Assembly (NCBI GenBank): GCA_963796455.1
Contig: CAWCLO010000003.1
Coordinates: 256,001 to 320,000, forward strand
Direction of reading: 5' to 3'
From: Candidatus Sulfomarinibacteraceae bacterium
GTDB lineage: Bacteria > Acidobacteriota > Thermoanaerobaculia > Thermoanaerobaculales > Sulfomarinibacteraceae
DNA length: 64,000 bases
The position numbers and the translations under genes are program-made. The notes beneath the pieces were generated by a model. That model did no database searches, was not told the DNA's origin, and was given only the letters and a program-made list of their open reading frames with translations. Of the stretch, positions 1 through 9,523 are shown one piece after another. Position 1 is the first letter of the stretch. Every line of letters begins with the position of its first letter.

Positions 1-151
1 GTTTCTGCGCGCCACGACCGAGCTCATGCAGGTCATGGCGCGAGCGTGCGGCCACCGCCACCTCAATGAGTTTCGTGGCGAGGATCTGACGACCTTCAAG
101 AAAGACATGGCTGAATTGACCGGAGTGAGATTCGGGGGAACGGCATCATGA
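1..151 (+). CDS. 3' end of an FMN-binding glutamate synthase-like protein (partial)
   Basis: Frame 2 reads FLRATTELMQVMARACGHRHLNEFRGEDLTTFKKDMAELTGVRFGG*, resembling the C-terminus of stand-alone GltB-FMN-domain proteins; the stop overlaps the next ATG (ATGA at 148-151). Confidence 0.65.
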   Translation, partial: FLRATTELMQVMARACGHRHLNEFRGEDLTTFKKDMAELTGVRFGGTAS

Positions 152-2088
152 ACGAGGGACGACTCGTGTGGTACCGCGTCGCGGATCTGGATGAACTGCC
201 CGAAGGACGCGTCAAAACCGTCACCGCCGGCCGCGAGAGCATCGCCCTGACCCATTTCGAAGGAGAATATGCGGCCCTGCTCAATGCCTGCCCCCACCAG
301 GGTGGGCCATTGGGTGAGGGATCCATCGAAGACGGCTGGCTTCGATGCCCCTGGCACGGCTGGGACTTTCATCCATGCACCGGTAAACCACCCGGCGGTT
401 ATGACGACGGCGTGCCGATCTTTCCGGTCGAAATCCGTGACGACGGGATCTATGTCGGGATCGAGGAAGAAACCACCCGTGAAAGGACAGTCGCGGACGT
501 CATGGTCGAAACCATGGTCGAGTGGGGTGTCAGCCACGTTTTCGGCATGGTGGGACACTCGAATCTCGGTCTCGCCGATGCATTTCGAAACCAGGAGGAG
601 GCCGGCCGATTGAACTACATCGGCATCCGCCACGAGGGCGCTGCCTCCTTTGCCGCTTCGGCCTATGCAAAACTGAGCGGGCGACCGGCGGCTTGCTTTT
701 CCATCGCCGGGCCGGGTGCCACAAACCTCTTGACCGGTCTGTGGGACGCCAAGATGGACCGGGTTCCGGTGCTCGCCCTGACCGGCCAGGTAGACACCCA
801 GGTCCTCGGGCCGGGCGCTTTCCAGGAGTGCGACCTCGCAGCGGCCTTTGCTCCGGTGGCAACTTGGAGCCAGACCGTGCTCGATGGCAGCCGCCACGCC
901 GAGCTGATGTCGTTGGCGCTCAAACACGCGATCGACGAACGAAATGTGGCTCACCTGGTCTTCCCCGACGAGGTCCAGGTGCTACCGGCCGACGGAATCG
1001 AGCCGCAGGCGCCCACCGGCCGTCTGGCAGAGCGCGAGATCAGCCCGCCCGCAGCAGTGTTGGATCGGGCGCTCGAAATGCTGGCGGCGGCCAAACGACC
1101 GGTCATCATCGTCGGCCATGGGGCCAAAGGTCAGATGGAATCGGTGATCGCACTGGCCGAGAAACTCGGAGCTCCCGTCGTGACCACGTTCAAGGGCAAG
1201 GGCTTGATCTCGGATCACCACCCTCTGGGATGCGGCGTTCTCGGACGGTCCGGCACGCCGGTAGCCAGCTGGTTCATGAATGAAAGCGATCTACTGCTGG
1301 TCTTTGGGGCGTCGTTCTCGAACCACACCGGCATCACCGAGAAGAAACCGATCATCCACGTCGACTTCGACCCTCTCGCCCTCGGCCGCAAGCACGCCGT
1401 GGATCTCCCGGTCTTCGGGCACATCGGGATGACCGCCAATCTGCTCTCGGCGGTACTCGTGCAACCGGCCACCGATGATCGCAAAAGTGAAATCGCCGAA
1501 CGGTGGCGTCTGTGGCGCGAAGAGAAGACGAGTCGGATGCAGGATGAGCTCGGCAACGGAGTCAGTTCAGCGACGGTCTTTGACTCGATGACCCGTCTCG
1601 TGCCCACGAACGCCGTGATCGCCGTCGATGTCGGCAACAACACCTATTCGTTCGGCCGCTATTTCGAGTGCACCGATCAGTCGGTTCTGATGTCCGGCTA
1701 CCTCGGTTCGATCGGTTTCGGCTATCCGGCGGCCATCGGCGCCTGGGCTGCCGCCCCGGATCGACCGATCATCGCAGTCACCGGCGACGGAGGCTTCGCA
1801 CAGTACATGGCCGAGGTGACCACCGCCGCCAGACACCGGATGAACATCACCCATGTGCTGCTCAACAACTCCCAACTCGGCAAGATCTCCAAAGAACAGC
1901 GAGCCGCAAATTACCCCGTCTGGCAGACCAGCCTCGTCAACCCGGACTTCGCTGCCTACGTGACGAGCTGTGGCGGCCTCGGGATCAGGGTCGAGGCAAA
2001 ATCGGAGCTCGATGAAGCCCTCGAGAGGGCCCTCGCCCACGATGGTCCCGCGACGGTGGAGGTCATCACGGACCCCGAGCTGATCTGA
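148..2088 (+). CDS. Rieske [2Fe-2S] domain fused to a thiamine-pyrophosphate enzyme (pyruvate oxidase/acetolactate synthase family)
   Basis: N-terminal CPHQGGPL...CPWHGW Rieske motifs; IRHEGAASFAA, GPGATN and the GDGG...NN TPP-binding motif. Confidence 0.9.
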   Translation: MNEGRLVWYRVADLDELPEGRVKTVTAGRESIALTHFEGEYAALLNACPHQGGPLGEGSIEDGWLRCPWHGWDFHPCTGKPPGGYDDGVPIFPVEIRDDGIYVGIEEETTRERTVADVMVETMVEWGVSHVFGMVGHSNLGLADAFRNQEEAGRLNYIGIRHEGAASFAASAYAKLSGRPAACFSIAGPGATNLLTGLWDAKMDRVPVLALTGQVDTQVLGPGAFQECDLAAAFAPVATWSQTVLDGSRHAELMSLALKHAIDERNVAHLVFPDEVQVLPADGIEPQAPTGRLAEREISPPAAVLDRALEMLAAAKRPVIIVGHGAKGQMESVIALAEKLGAPVVTTFKGKGLISDHHPLGCGVLGRSGTPVASWFMNESDLLLVFGASFSNHTGITEKKPIIHVDFDPLALGRKHAVDLPVFGHIGMTANLLSAVLVQPATDDRKSEIAERWRLWREEKTSRMQDELGNGVSSATVFDSMTRLVPTNAVIAVDVGNNTYSFGRYFECTDQSVLMSGYLGSIGFGYPAAIGAWAAAPDRPIIAVTGDGGFAQYMAEVTTAARHRMNITHVLLNNSQLGKISKEQRAANYPVWQTSLVNPDFAAYVTSCGGLGIRVEAKSELDEALERALAHDGPATVEVITDPELI

Positions 2089-2276
2089 GCAAGGGAACGG
2101 GTGCGGTGGAGCAGAGGGGCTCGATGCTAGATACTGGATGCTAGATGCTGGAACACTCTTGTCCAAGACAGAGTCTCGGATAGTTCAGGGACAGCGTCAG
2201 TGAGCAGGGGTCAGCGCCAGCGTTCAGTCGTCAGCGACAGATATCAGCGATCAGCGGCAGGGACAGCGAACAGCAC

Positions 2277-2630
2277 TCACTTCTTCGGGTTCAAGAGCCG
2301 CCAGGTCATTGCACGGACCTGATCGAAGGCCATCATCGCTTTACTGGCTCCATTTCGACTGATCGCCCCGGCGTGGGCGAGGAGCTCCAAGTGGCTGTCG
2401 ACCTCTTTCGCGGAAGCGTAGGCGATTCTCCAATGGTTCGACCGGTCTCTACCGACTCGGCCGTGCCCTTCTGCCAGATTCGCAGGGACCGAACTCGCCG
2501 ACCGGATCACCTGATCGGCTATGGACTTCAGCGGAGCTGGAACCCTCATCACGATCTTGATCGCGATTCCTGCTGCTTCGAGGGCTTTCGAGTGGGCGAC
2601 GAGGTTGGTGTTCGTGGCGGCTGAGGACAT
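2277..2630 (-). CDS. Four helix bundle protein (23S rRNA intervening-sequence protein / Avd-like), 117 aa
   Basis: DQVIRSASSVPANLAEGHGR and IAYASAKEVDSHL family motifs; 107/117 aa identical to 14965-15318. Confidence 0.88.
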   Translation of the reverse strand: MSSAATNTNLVAHSKALEAAGIAIKIVMRVPAPLKSIADQVIRSASSVPANLAEGHGRVGRDRSNHWRIAYASAKEVDSHLELLAHAGAISRNGASKAMMAFDQVRAMTWRLLNPKK

Positions 2631-2766
2631 GGTCACGTCCGGGTCGTTCATGCCCATTCCCACAAGCCGGTGTGGTGGCCGATGTCAAGGATGCCCTGCA
2701 CCCTGCCTGTCCTTGACATCGGCCGCCCACCGGCTACCCCTTCTGTTGAACGACCCGGAGGTGACC
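2631..2766 (-). promoter_or_regulatory. Nested stem-loop leader with an anti-Shine-Dalgarno arm
   Basis: 2631-2650 pairs with 2747-2766 (19/20); inner inverted repeat 2665-2691 / 2710-2735. Confidence 0.6.
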
Positions 2767-3002
2767 ACTTCGTCGCCTGTACCCCCGACCGCTGCTGCTG
2801 CTCCCCGTCGCTGACGGTGTCCCTGTTCGCTGTTGCCTGTCGCTGACGCTGGACACTGTCGCTGCCGCTGCAATTCGGGATCGGGATCCCGCTCCCGAAA
2901 AAGAGAAGGGGAGAATCGCAACGGCAGCTTCGATCAAATCTCCTTGATCGAACCATTTTTTGGCCATGAATCAGATGTACTCTTAAGCTTGAGGAGATAG
3001 GA

Positions 3003-4049
3003 ATGGGCGAGAAAAAGCTTCGGCTGGCATTGATATTCGGAGGGCGTTCGCGCGAGCACGAAGTGAGCGTTGTGTCGGCCCGATCGGTTGATCGAGCCCT
3101 CGATCGAGACCGTTACGAGGTCGTTCCCATGGCGATCGATCGCAGGGGTCTGTGGACGGCACCGGAGGTGGCGGCCCGGATTCTCGAAGACGCTCCCGAC
3201 CGCACCGACAGGGTCATCTCCTTCGAAGGTCTGCACCGGCTCGACCCCCGACTTCTCGCAGAGGACTTCGATGTCGCGTTTCCGGTGCTCCATGGCCCCT
3301 ATGGTGAAGACGGCACGATTCAGGGCCTCTTCGAAATGCTCGATCTCCCCTTTGTCGGCTGCGACACCGCCGCCTCTGCAGTGTGTATGGACAAGATCTT
3401 CTGCAAGAACATGCTCGCCCGGGCATCGATCCCGACGCCACCCTGGGAGGAAATCGACCGAGATCGTTGGGCATTTGATAAGGGTCCGTATATCGAACGC
3501 TGTCTGGCGCTCGGTCTTCCTCTCTTCGTCAAACCGGCACGACTGGGCTCGTCGGTTGGGATCAGCAAAGTCTGCGACGAAAACTCGTTGGCGGCGGCGA
3601 TCGATATCGCCTTCGAACACGGCCGGCGGGTTCTCGTGGAACAGGGGGTCGCGGCGCGCGAAATCGAGATTGCCGTCCTCGGGAACAACGATCCCCGGGC
3701 ATCGGTGCCGGGTGAGATCGTTCCCGGTAACGATTTTTACGACTACAACGACAAATATGTCGACTCTTCATGTCAATTGTTGGCGCCCGCGCCCCTGGAT
3801 GAGCTCACTTCGGTCCGCGCACAGGAGCTGGCGACCCGGGTTTTCACCCTCCTTGGATGCTCAGGGATGGCGCGCGTGGATCTCTTTCTCGAACCCAACG
3901 GGGACCGCTTGTGGGTCAACGAGGTCAACACGATTCCCGGTTTCACCTCGATCTCGATGTTTCCACGGCTCTGGGGCTTGTCGGGGATCGAGTATCCGGC
4001 CCTTTTGAACGAGTTGGTCGATCTCGCGCTCGAGCGCAAAGGCTCCTAG
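3003..4049 (+). CDS. ddl: D-alanine--D-alanine ligase
   Basis: FGGRSREHEVS, LHGPYGEDGTIQG, KPARLGSSVGI and NEVNTIPGFT motifs. Confidence 0.97.
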   Translation: MGEKKLRLALIFGGRSREHEVSVVSARSVDRALDRDRYEVVPMAIDRRGLWTAPEVAARILEDAPDRTDRVISFEGLHRLDPRLLAEDFDVAFPVLHGPYGEDGTIQGLFEMLDLPFVGCDTAASAVCMDKIFCKNMLARASIPTPPWEEIDRDRWAFDKGPYIERCLALGLPLFVKPARLGSSVGISKVCDENSLAAAIDIAFEHGRRVLVEQGVAAREIEIAVLGNNDPRASVPGEIVPGNDFYDYNDKYVDSSCQLLAPAPLDELTSVRAQELATRVFTLLGCSGMARVDLFLEPNGDRLWVNEVNTIPGFTSISMFPRLWGLSGIEYPALLNELVDLALERKGS

Positions 4050-4205
4050 CGGCCCCCGTCCGTTCCCGAAAGGGAGAAAGGGAGGGGAAAGGGAGAGGGC
4101 CCCACCACTCGATTCTGGATACTCGATGCTGGATGCTGCCACCGCTCCCATCCCAAAGGGAGAACCACCCGGCACCGATTTCTCCTGATGGAAACGACGC
4201 CCCCC

Positions 4206-4329
4206 GATGTCATCCTGAGCGGAGCCCCCCAGGGGCGGAGTCGAAGGATCTATGAGACGGACTGAAACGCCCGTGAACCGCAGATCCTTCGACTGCGGCC
4301 GCCGAAAGGCGCTCCCTCAGGATGACATC
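4206..4329. repeat. Long palindromic extragenic element (GATGTCATCCTGAG...CTCAGGATGACATC), copy 1
   Basis: 14-bp terminal inverted repeat plus inner IR AGTCGAAGGATCT/AGATCCTTCGACT; second copy at 36817-36973. Confidence 0.85.
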
Positions 4330-4527
4330 TTGAACGATCGTTCCGGTCCCGATCCCGCTCCCGATCCCGTATGGGGCTGACCGCACCCCAGGGTTGAGGG
4401 AGCGTTCGCTATCGCTATCGCTATCGGAATCGCTATCGAACGGCTGCGGTGGATTCCGTTCCTGTAAGGGGGAAAGGGAGAAAGGGAGAACCGTACCGGA
4501 GGCGTCGTTCGTGATAAGGAGCCGGGT

Positions 4528-4712
4528 CTCCTCTGCTCCTCTGCTCCTCTGCTCCTCTGCTCCTCTGCTCTCTCTGCTCCTCTGCTCCTCTGCTCCTCTG
4601 CTCCTCTGCTCCTCTGCTCCTCTGCTCCTCTGCTCCTCTGCTCCTCTGCTCCTCTGCTCCTCTGCTCCTCTGCTCCTCTGCTCCTCTGCTCCTCTGCTCC
4701 TCTGCTCCTCTG
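4528..4712. repeat. Octamer tandem repeat (CTCCTCTG)x23
   Basis: 5 perfect units, one 9-nt unit, then 17 perfect units. Confidence 0.97.
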
Positions 4713-4794
4713 CTTCAACCGCTCGCATCCGATACCCGGATGCAGTAGGATCACGGGGCACACAGAGTGTCCGGAAAATGCCGCGGTTTGGGGG

Positions 4795-4823
4795 TTGACC
4801 TCCGCCGCCACAGGCACTATCTT
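4795..4823 (+). promoter_or_regulatory. Putative sigma70 promoter of maeB
   Basis: TTGACC-17 nt-TATCTT, about 65 nt upstream of the ATG. Confidence 0.55.
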
Positions 4824-4886
4824 CCGCGCTTGTGAAATCTTTCTCTTTTAGATTTCAGTCTGCGCAAACAACAGAGGAGCCGAAGC

Positions 4887-7151
4887 ATGAAGAAGAAGAT
4901 TACCCGCGAAGAAGCGCTCGCGTACCACACCGGCAAACGCCACGGCAAGACCGAGGTCGTCGCCACCAAACCGTGCATCACGCAGCGTGATCTTTCGCTC
5001 GCCTACACCCCCGGCGTGGCCGAACCCTGCCTTGAAATCGCCCGCGACCCCGAACTTGTCTACGAGTACACCAACAAGGGCAATCTGGTGGCCGTGGTTT
5101 CGAACGGCACCGCCGTCCTCGGTCTCGGCGATATCGGGCCGATGGCCAGCAAACCGGTCATGGAAGGCAAAGGCGTCCTTTTCAAACGATTTGCCGACAT
5201 CGATGTTTTCGATATCGAGGTCGACACCAAAGATTCGCAGGAAATCATCCGTTTTTGTGAGCTCCTGGCACCGACTCTCGGCGGTATCAACCTCGAGGAC
5301 ATCGGCGCACCCGAGTGCTTCGAGATCGAAGAAAAGCTCAAAAAGAGCTGCAATATCCCGGTCTTCCACGACGACCAGCACGGCACGGCCATCATTTCCG
5401 GCGCCGCCCTCGTCAACGCGCTCGAGATCGCGGAAAAGAAAATCGAGGACGTCAAGGTCGTGTTTTCGGGAGCCGGCGCGGCGGGCATCGCCTGTGCGGC
5501 ATTTTATGTGTCGCTCGGAGTCAAACAGGAGAACCTCCTGATGGTGGACTCCAAGGGCGTGATCTACAAGGGCCGCACCAAGGGCATGAACAAGTACAAG
5601 GAGCGATTTGCTGTCGAGACCGATGCCAGAACCCTGGCTGACGCCATGGACGGTGCCGATGTCTTCGCCGGTGTATCGGTGAAGGGCCTCGTGACCAAGG
5701 AGATGGTTGCGACCATGGCCGCCGACCCGATCATTTTTGCCATGGCCAACCCCGATCCGGAGATCTTGCCCGAAGACGCCTTCGAGGTGCGCTCTGACAT
5801 CATCATGGCCACCGGTCGATCGGATTATCCGAACCAGGTCAACAACGTGCTCGGGTTTCCGTTCATTTTCCGCGGTGCGCTTGATGTTGCGGCCTCCGGC
5901 ATCAACGAAAAGATGAAGCTGGCAGCCGCCCGCGCCCTCGCCCATCTCGCCAAGGAAGACGTGCCCGATTCGGTGATGCGGGCCTACGGCGGTCAAAAGA
6001 TCCGTTTTGGTCGCGAATACCTCATTCCCAAACCCTTCGATTACCGGGTTCTTCTGTGGGAAGCTCCCGCCGTCGCCGAGGCGGCCATCGAAACGGGAGT
6101 GGCCCGCAAGCCGTATTCTTCGAAGGAAGACTACGTCCGCGAGTTGGAAAACCGCCTGTCGCGGACCCGACGCGTGATGCACAGCGTTTTTGACGAGGCG
6201 GTCGCCGATCCAAAAAGGATCGTTTTCCCCGAGGGGGAGAACGAAAAGATCGTTCGCGCGGCCAAAATCCTCGCCGACGAGGGCATTTGCAACCCCGTTC
6301 TTCTCGGATCCACCGACAAGGTCCGCAAATTGCTCGAACTGCACGAGGTACCGAGCGACGCCGTCGAGGTCATCGATCCGACCGCCAACGGTGACGGTGA
6401 GGTATTTGCAGAGGTGCTGACCAGAATGCGCTGGCGCAACGGCGTCACCCTCGATGTCGCCCGCAAGCTGATGCGCGACCCGGTCTACTACGGCAATATG
6501 ATGGTGCAACAGAAAAAAGCCGATGGTCTGATTGCAGGACTCACCATGTCCTACCCGGAGACGATCCGCCCGGCACTCCAAATTCACAAAACCAGAGAGG
6601 GAATCGGCCGTGCCGCCGGGCTCTATCTGTTGCTCTTCGAAGATCGGATGCTGTTCATCGCCGACACGACCGTCAACCAGAACCCGACCGCGGAAGAACT
6701 GGCGGAGATCGCCTTTTTGTCGAGCCAGGCCGCCGAGCACTATTTCGGGGTCACCCCGCGGGTCGCGATGTTGTCCTACTCCAACTTCGGCTCCAATATC
6801 GACCACCGCTCGCAGAAGGTCCGAGACGCTGTCGCCATCGCCGAAAAACGGTGGCCCGATCTCGTGATCGAGGGCGAGATGCAGGCCGATACCGCAATCG
6901 AGCCCGGGATCGCCAGGGATGCATTCCCGCTGTCTCGGATCCAGGGTGACGCCAATATCCTGGTGTGCCCCGATCTCGAATCGGCCAATATCGCCTACAA
7001 GCTGCTGTGGAGGCTCGGCAAGGTCGAGGCCATCGGTCCGATCCTGACCGGCATCGACGCTGCGGTCCATATCCTCCAGCGTGGAGTGGATGTCAACGAC
7101 ATCGTCAATGTGGCGGCGCTCTGCGTGCTCAAGGCGCAACGCTGGAATTGA
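4887..7151 (+). CDS. maeB: NADP-dependent malic enzyme with C-terminal phosphotransacetylase-like domain
   Basis: [22 protein letters not shown] and [12 protein letters not shown] motifs, then a PTA-like domain ([15 protein letters not shown]); GAGGAG RBS. Confidence 0.97.
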   Translation: MKKKITREEALAYHTGKRHGKTEVVATKPCITQRDLSLAYTPGVAEPCLEIARDPELVYEYTNKGNLVAVVSNGTAVLGLGDIGPMASKPVMEGKGVLFKRFADIDVFDIEVDTKDSQEIIRFCELLAPTLGGINLEDIGAPECFEIEEKLKKSCNIPVFHDDQHGTAIISGAALVNALEIAEKKIEDVKVVFSGAGAAGIACAAFYVSLGVKQENLLMVDSKGVIYKGRTKGMNKYKERFAVETDARTLADAMDGADVFAGVSVKGLVTKEMVATMAADPIIFAMANPDPEILPEDAFEVRSDIIMATGRSDYPNQVNNVLGFPFIFRGALDVAASGINEKMKLAAARALAHLAKEDVPDSVMRAYGGQKIRFGREYLIPKPFDYRVLLWEAPAVAEAAIETGVARKPYSSKEDYVRELENRLSRTRRVMHSVFDEAVADPKRIVFPEGENEKIVRAAKILADEGICNPVLLGSTDKVRKLLELHEVPSDAVEVIDPTANGDGEVFAEVLTRMRWRNGVTLDVARKLMRDPVYYGNMMVQQKKADGLIAGLTMSYPETIRPALQIHKTREGIGRAAGLYLLLFEDRMLFIADTTVNQNPTAEELAEIAFLSSQAAEHYFGVTPRVAMLSYSNFGSNIDHRSQKVRDAVAIAEKRWPDLVIEGEMQADTAIEPGIARDAFPLSRIQGDANILVCPDLESANIAYKLLWRLGKVEAIGPILTGIDAAVHILQRGVDVNDIVNVAALCVLKAQRWN

Positions 7152-7379
7152 AAGAGCGGTTTTCCGAGAGGCAATCGACTCAAAAGCGGAGACAAACCCC
7201 GCCCTTACGGGGTTCTTTGGAGGGGCGGATTTTATCCCGCCCACTCAATCTCTCTCTCCGAGTGCCGTTGCGGCCGCTATCCGGATCGGAATGCCTTGCA
7301 CTTCCTGGCTGTTGGAATATCCAGCAAATCCAAACACGGGTCCGGCAAAACTCGGACCCAGGAGATCCTGGAGGGAACC

Positions 7380-7823
7380 ATGCAGGATACTCTCGAAGCA
7401 GTCCTCAACCACAAGGGGTCAACGGTCCTATCCGTCGACCCGAAGGATTCCGTCATGGACGCGGTCCGCAAGATGAACTGCGAAAAAGTGGGCGCTCTGC
7501 TGGTGTGTGTCGAAGGCCGGATGGTCGGGATCTTCACCGAGCGGGACGTTTTGTGCCGGGTCATCGACCCGGGCAGGGACCCTGACGCCACCGAGGTGTC
7601 GGAGGTCATGACATCCGAGGTCATGACGGTTCGATCGAAGACCAGCGTCCACGAAGCGATGGCGATCATCACCGAGAAAAGATGCCGCCACCTGCCGGTG
7701 ATCGACGATGGCACACTCCGTGGGATGGTTTCCAGCGGTGACCTCACGCGATGGGTGAGCCGAAGCCAGGAGGGGCACATCCAGGACTTGATGAACTTCA
7801 TCACGGGCAAATATCCGGGGTGA
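7380..7823 (+). CDS. CBS domain pair protein
   Basis: VGIFTERD and RCRHLPV...GMVSSGDL motifs; GGAGG RBS before ATG 7380. Confidence 0.9.
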   Translation: MQDTLEAVLNHKGSTVLSVDPKDSVMDAVRKMNCEKVGALLVCVEGRMVGIFTERDVLCRVIDPGRDPDATEVSEVMTSEVMTVRSKTSVHEAMAIITEKRCRHLPVIDDGTLRGMVSSGDLTRWVSRSQEGHIQDLMNFITGKYPG

Positions 7824-7824
7824 T

Positions 7825-7852
7825 TTCGGAGTTCGGAGTTCGGAGTTCGGAA
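7825..7852. repeat. Heptamer repeat (TTCGGAG)x~4
   Basis: Directly after the CBS stop codon; related TTCGGAT repeats at 44560-44820. Confidence 0.85.
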
Positions 7853-8021
7853 TTTTCAAAGCCTCGACGGCCGTCACGAATCCAGATTGCGACTGTGATG
7901 CGAATTCTGCGTTCATCTGCGTGATCTGCAGTTTCTCCGCTTTCGTTCGCTCCACAACTTCATGACCCCCAGCGCCGGTGATAGACTTGTAGGCACCAAC
8001 GAAAAGCTCGGAGGAGTTGCC

Positions 8022-8951
8022 ATGAAAGGTGTATGGAAGACGATCACACTCACCATCCTGGTCGCGGTAGTCGCCGCGACGACCCCGGTCCTGGCGCAAG
8101 ACGATGCTGCCGGAGGGCTCCGATTCTCGATCACGGTCTCGCAGTTCGAGAATCAATCCGGCTGGCACGGTCAGTGGGACCTCGGAAACGCCTGGGGCAC
8201 GGTTCTCACCGATATGCTGAACCAGAGCGGCCGATTCATCGTGCTCGGCGAGACGGATATGCGCGGCGCGGCGCTCGACGAACAAGATTTCGCCGCCTCG
8301 GGCAGGACCGCTGGCGGCAAAAAAGCTCCGGCCACGGGCCAGATGACTCCGGCCCAGTTACTGGTCAAGGGGGCCATCACCCACGTCCAGGGCGATACCG
8401 GTGGAGCCGGCGGTGGAATTCGCGTCAAGGGCTTCAAGATCGGTGGTAAAGGCGGTCAGGGCGAGGTCAACGCGACCATCTACATCGTTGATTCCACCAC
8501 CGGCCAGGTGCTGGCTTCCAAGAGCGTCGTCGGCACGAGCAAACGCAAGGGCCTCGGCGTCGGTTACAACACCGGCAGTTGGGGAGCCGCATTCGGGGGC
8601 CACAAAAACGACAACGTGGGGAAGGCGGTCGAGGACGCCTGCGCCGTCGCGGTGGATTTCATGGTCGCCCAACTGCCGAATATTCAGTGGACCGGATCGG
8701 TGGTCCTGGTCAAAGACGGCAAGGTCTATGTCAACCGCGGTGCTCGCGAAGGAGTAGCGGTCGGACAACACTTTTCGGTGGGCGAGGTGGAGATTCTCCG
8801 TGATCCCGACACCGGTGAGGTTTTGGACGAGAGCATGACCCAGCTGGCGGAGTTGAAGGTCGATCAGGTCAAGGAAAAGCTTTCCATCTGTCAGGTGGTC
8901 TCCGGCAAAGCGGCGGCCGTTTCCAAAGGCATGACAATTCACAAATACTGA
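8022..8951 (+). CDS. Secreted CsgG/HfaB-family protein with FlgT-C-like C-terminal domain
   Basis: Signal peptide; LLVKGAIT and IVDSTTGQVL motifs, then VYVNRGAREGVAVG...DPDTGEVL; GGAGGAG RBS. Confidence 0.75.
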   Translation: MKGVWKTITLTILVAVVAATTPVLAQDDAAGGLRFSITVSQFENQSGWHGQWDLGNAWGTVLTDMLNQSGRFIVLGETDMRGAALDEQDFAASGRTAGGKKAPATGQMTPAQLLVKGAITHVQGDTGGAGGGIRVKGFKIGGKGGQGEVNATIYIVDSTTGQVLASKSVVGTSKRKGLGVGYNTGSWGAAFGGHKNDNVGKAVEDACAVAVDFMVAQLPNIQWTGSVVLVKDGKVYVNRGAREGVAVGQHFSVGEVEILRDPDTGEVLDESMTQLAELKVDQVKEKLSICQVVSGKAAAVSKGMTIHKY

Positions 8952-8967
8952 GCATTTCATGCGCAGT

Positions 8968-9001
8968 AAAAACCGCGGTGGGCACCCACCGCGGTTTTTT
9001 T
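8968..9001 (+). terminator. Rho-independent terminator (bidirectional shape)
   Basis: AAAAACCGCGGTGG-GCAC-CCACCGCGGTTTTTT. Confidence 0.85.
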
Positions 9002-9060
9002 GTTGTCTGCTGAGGTATAATCCGCGACAGAACTACTTTGCGACGAGGGCGTCCAGGACA

Positions 9061-9513
9061 ATGCAACGCGCGACGATTTTTGCTGCGATTCTGATGATAG
9101 GCGGGATTCAGTCCGCCTATTCGCAGGACATTGCCTATCGCGCGGTCGAAAACCCCTTCCAGGACGAATTTGATTATGAAATAAACAGCGAACTCAACCC
9201 CATGGTGGAGATCGACGGGCTTCGACTGACCCGGTTTGCAATTCTGGTCAAAGGCGAGGGCGAGTTCGAAGCCGACAAGGCGACCTCACTGACGGTCGAA
9301 TACGGCGCTCGCAATACCAACCCGGAGTCAGTCAAGGTCTACGTCATCGCCCTCTTGGAGGACGCCGAGGGAGACGCCCTTGATCGCCTCGAATGCGACC
9401 CCACCACGGTCGGCAGAGAACGCCTCAAGGAAGTGAGCCAGAAGTTCAAGCTTCCGGGGAGCGTCCTCGAGGCAACCCGGAAGATCTACCTCTTTGTCGA
9501 GATCGAGCGCTGA
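9061..9513 (+). CDS. Hypothetical secreted protein
   Basis: Signal-peptide-like N-terminus (MQRATIFAAILMIGGIQSAYS); coding-like composition. Confidence 0.7.
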   Translation: MQRATIFAAILMIGGIQSAYSQDIAYRAVENPFQDEFDYEINSELNPMVEIDGLRLTRFAILVKGEGEFEADKATSLTVEYGARNTNPESVKVYVIALLEDAEGDALDRLECDPTTVGRERLKEVSQKFKLPGSVLEATRKIYLFVEIER

Positions 9514-9523
9514 CCTAAGACCT

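Larger units (their letters stand above)
2120..2900 (-). mobile_element. Modular intergenic element, copy 1, carrying a four-helix-bundle gene
   Basis: Homologous over about 750 bp to 14670-15452 in opposite orientation; left motif 2855-2878, right hairpin 2161-2181, GATGCTG 7-mers at 2124-2150; mobility is inferred. Confidence 0.6.

Noticed and set aside
2120..2900. 23S rRNA with an intervening sequence
   Set aside because: The flanks are protein-coding genes and simple repeats; no rRNA sequence is recognisable
4528..4712. CRISPR array
   Set aside because: Contiguous 8-mers without spacers; no cas genes or repeat-spacer periodicity anywhere in the window
4210..4817. ORFs with AEEQRSRG / LLLCSSAP repeats
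   Set aside because: They are translations of the CTCCTCTG microsatellite, open in several frames, with no RBS or domain
4848..7244. 798-aa antisense ORF
   Set aside because: Shadow of maeB caused by GC-rich codon bias; the same applies to 15854-17041, 32818-34815 and 49325-51499
7190..7245. Terminator or REP after maeB (AACCCC...GGGGTT; GGGCGG...CCGCCC)
   Set aside because: Stems are short and imperfect with no clear U-tract, and I found only one copy, so I cannot classify it
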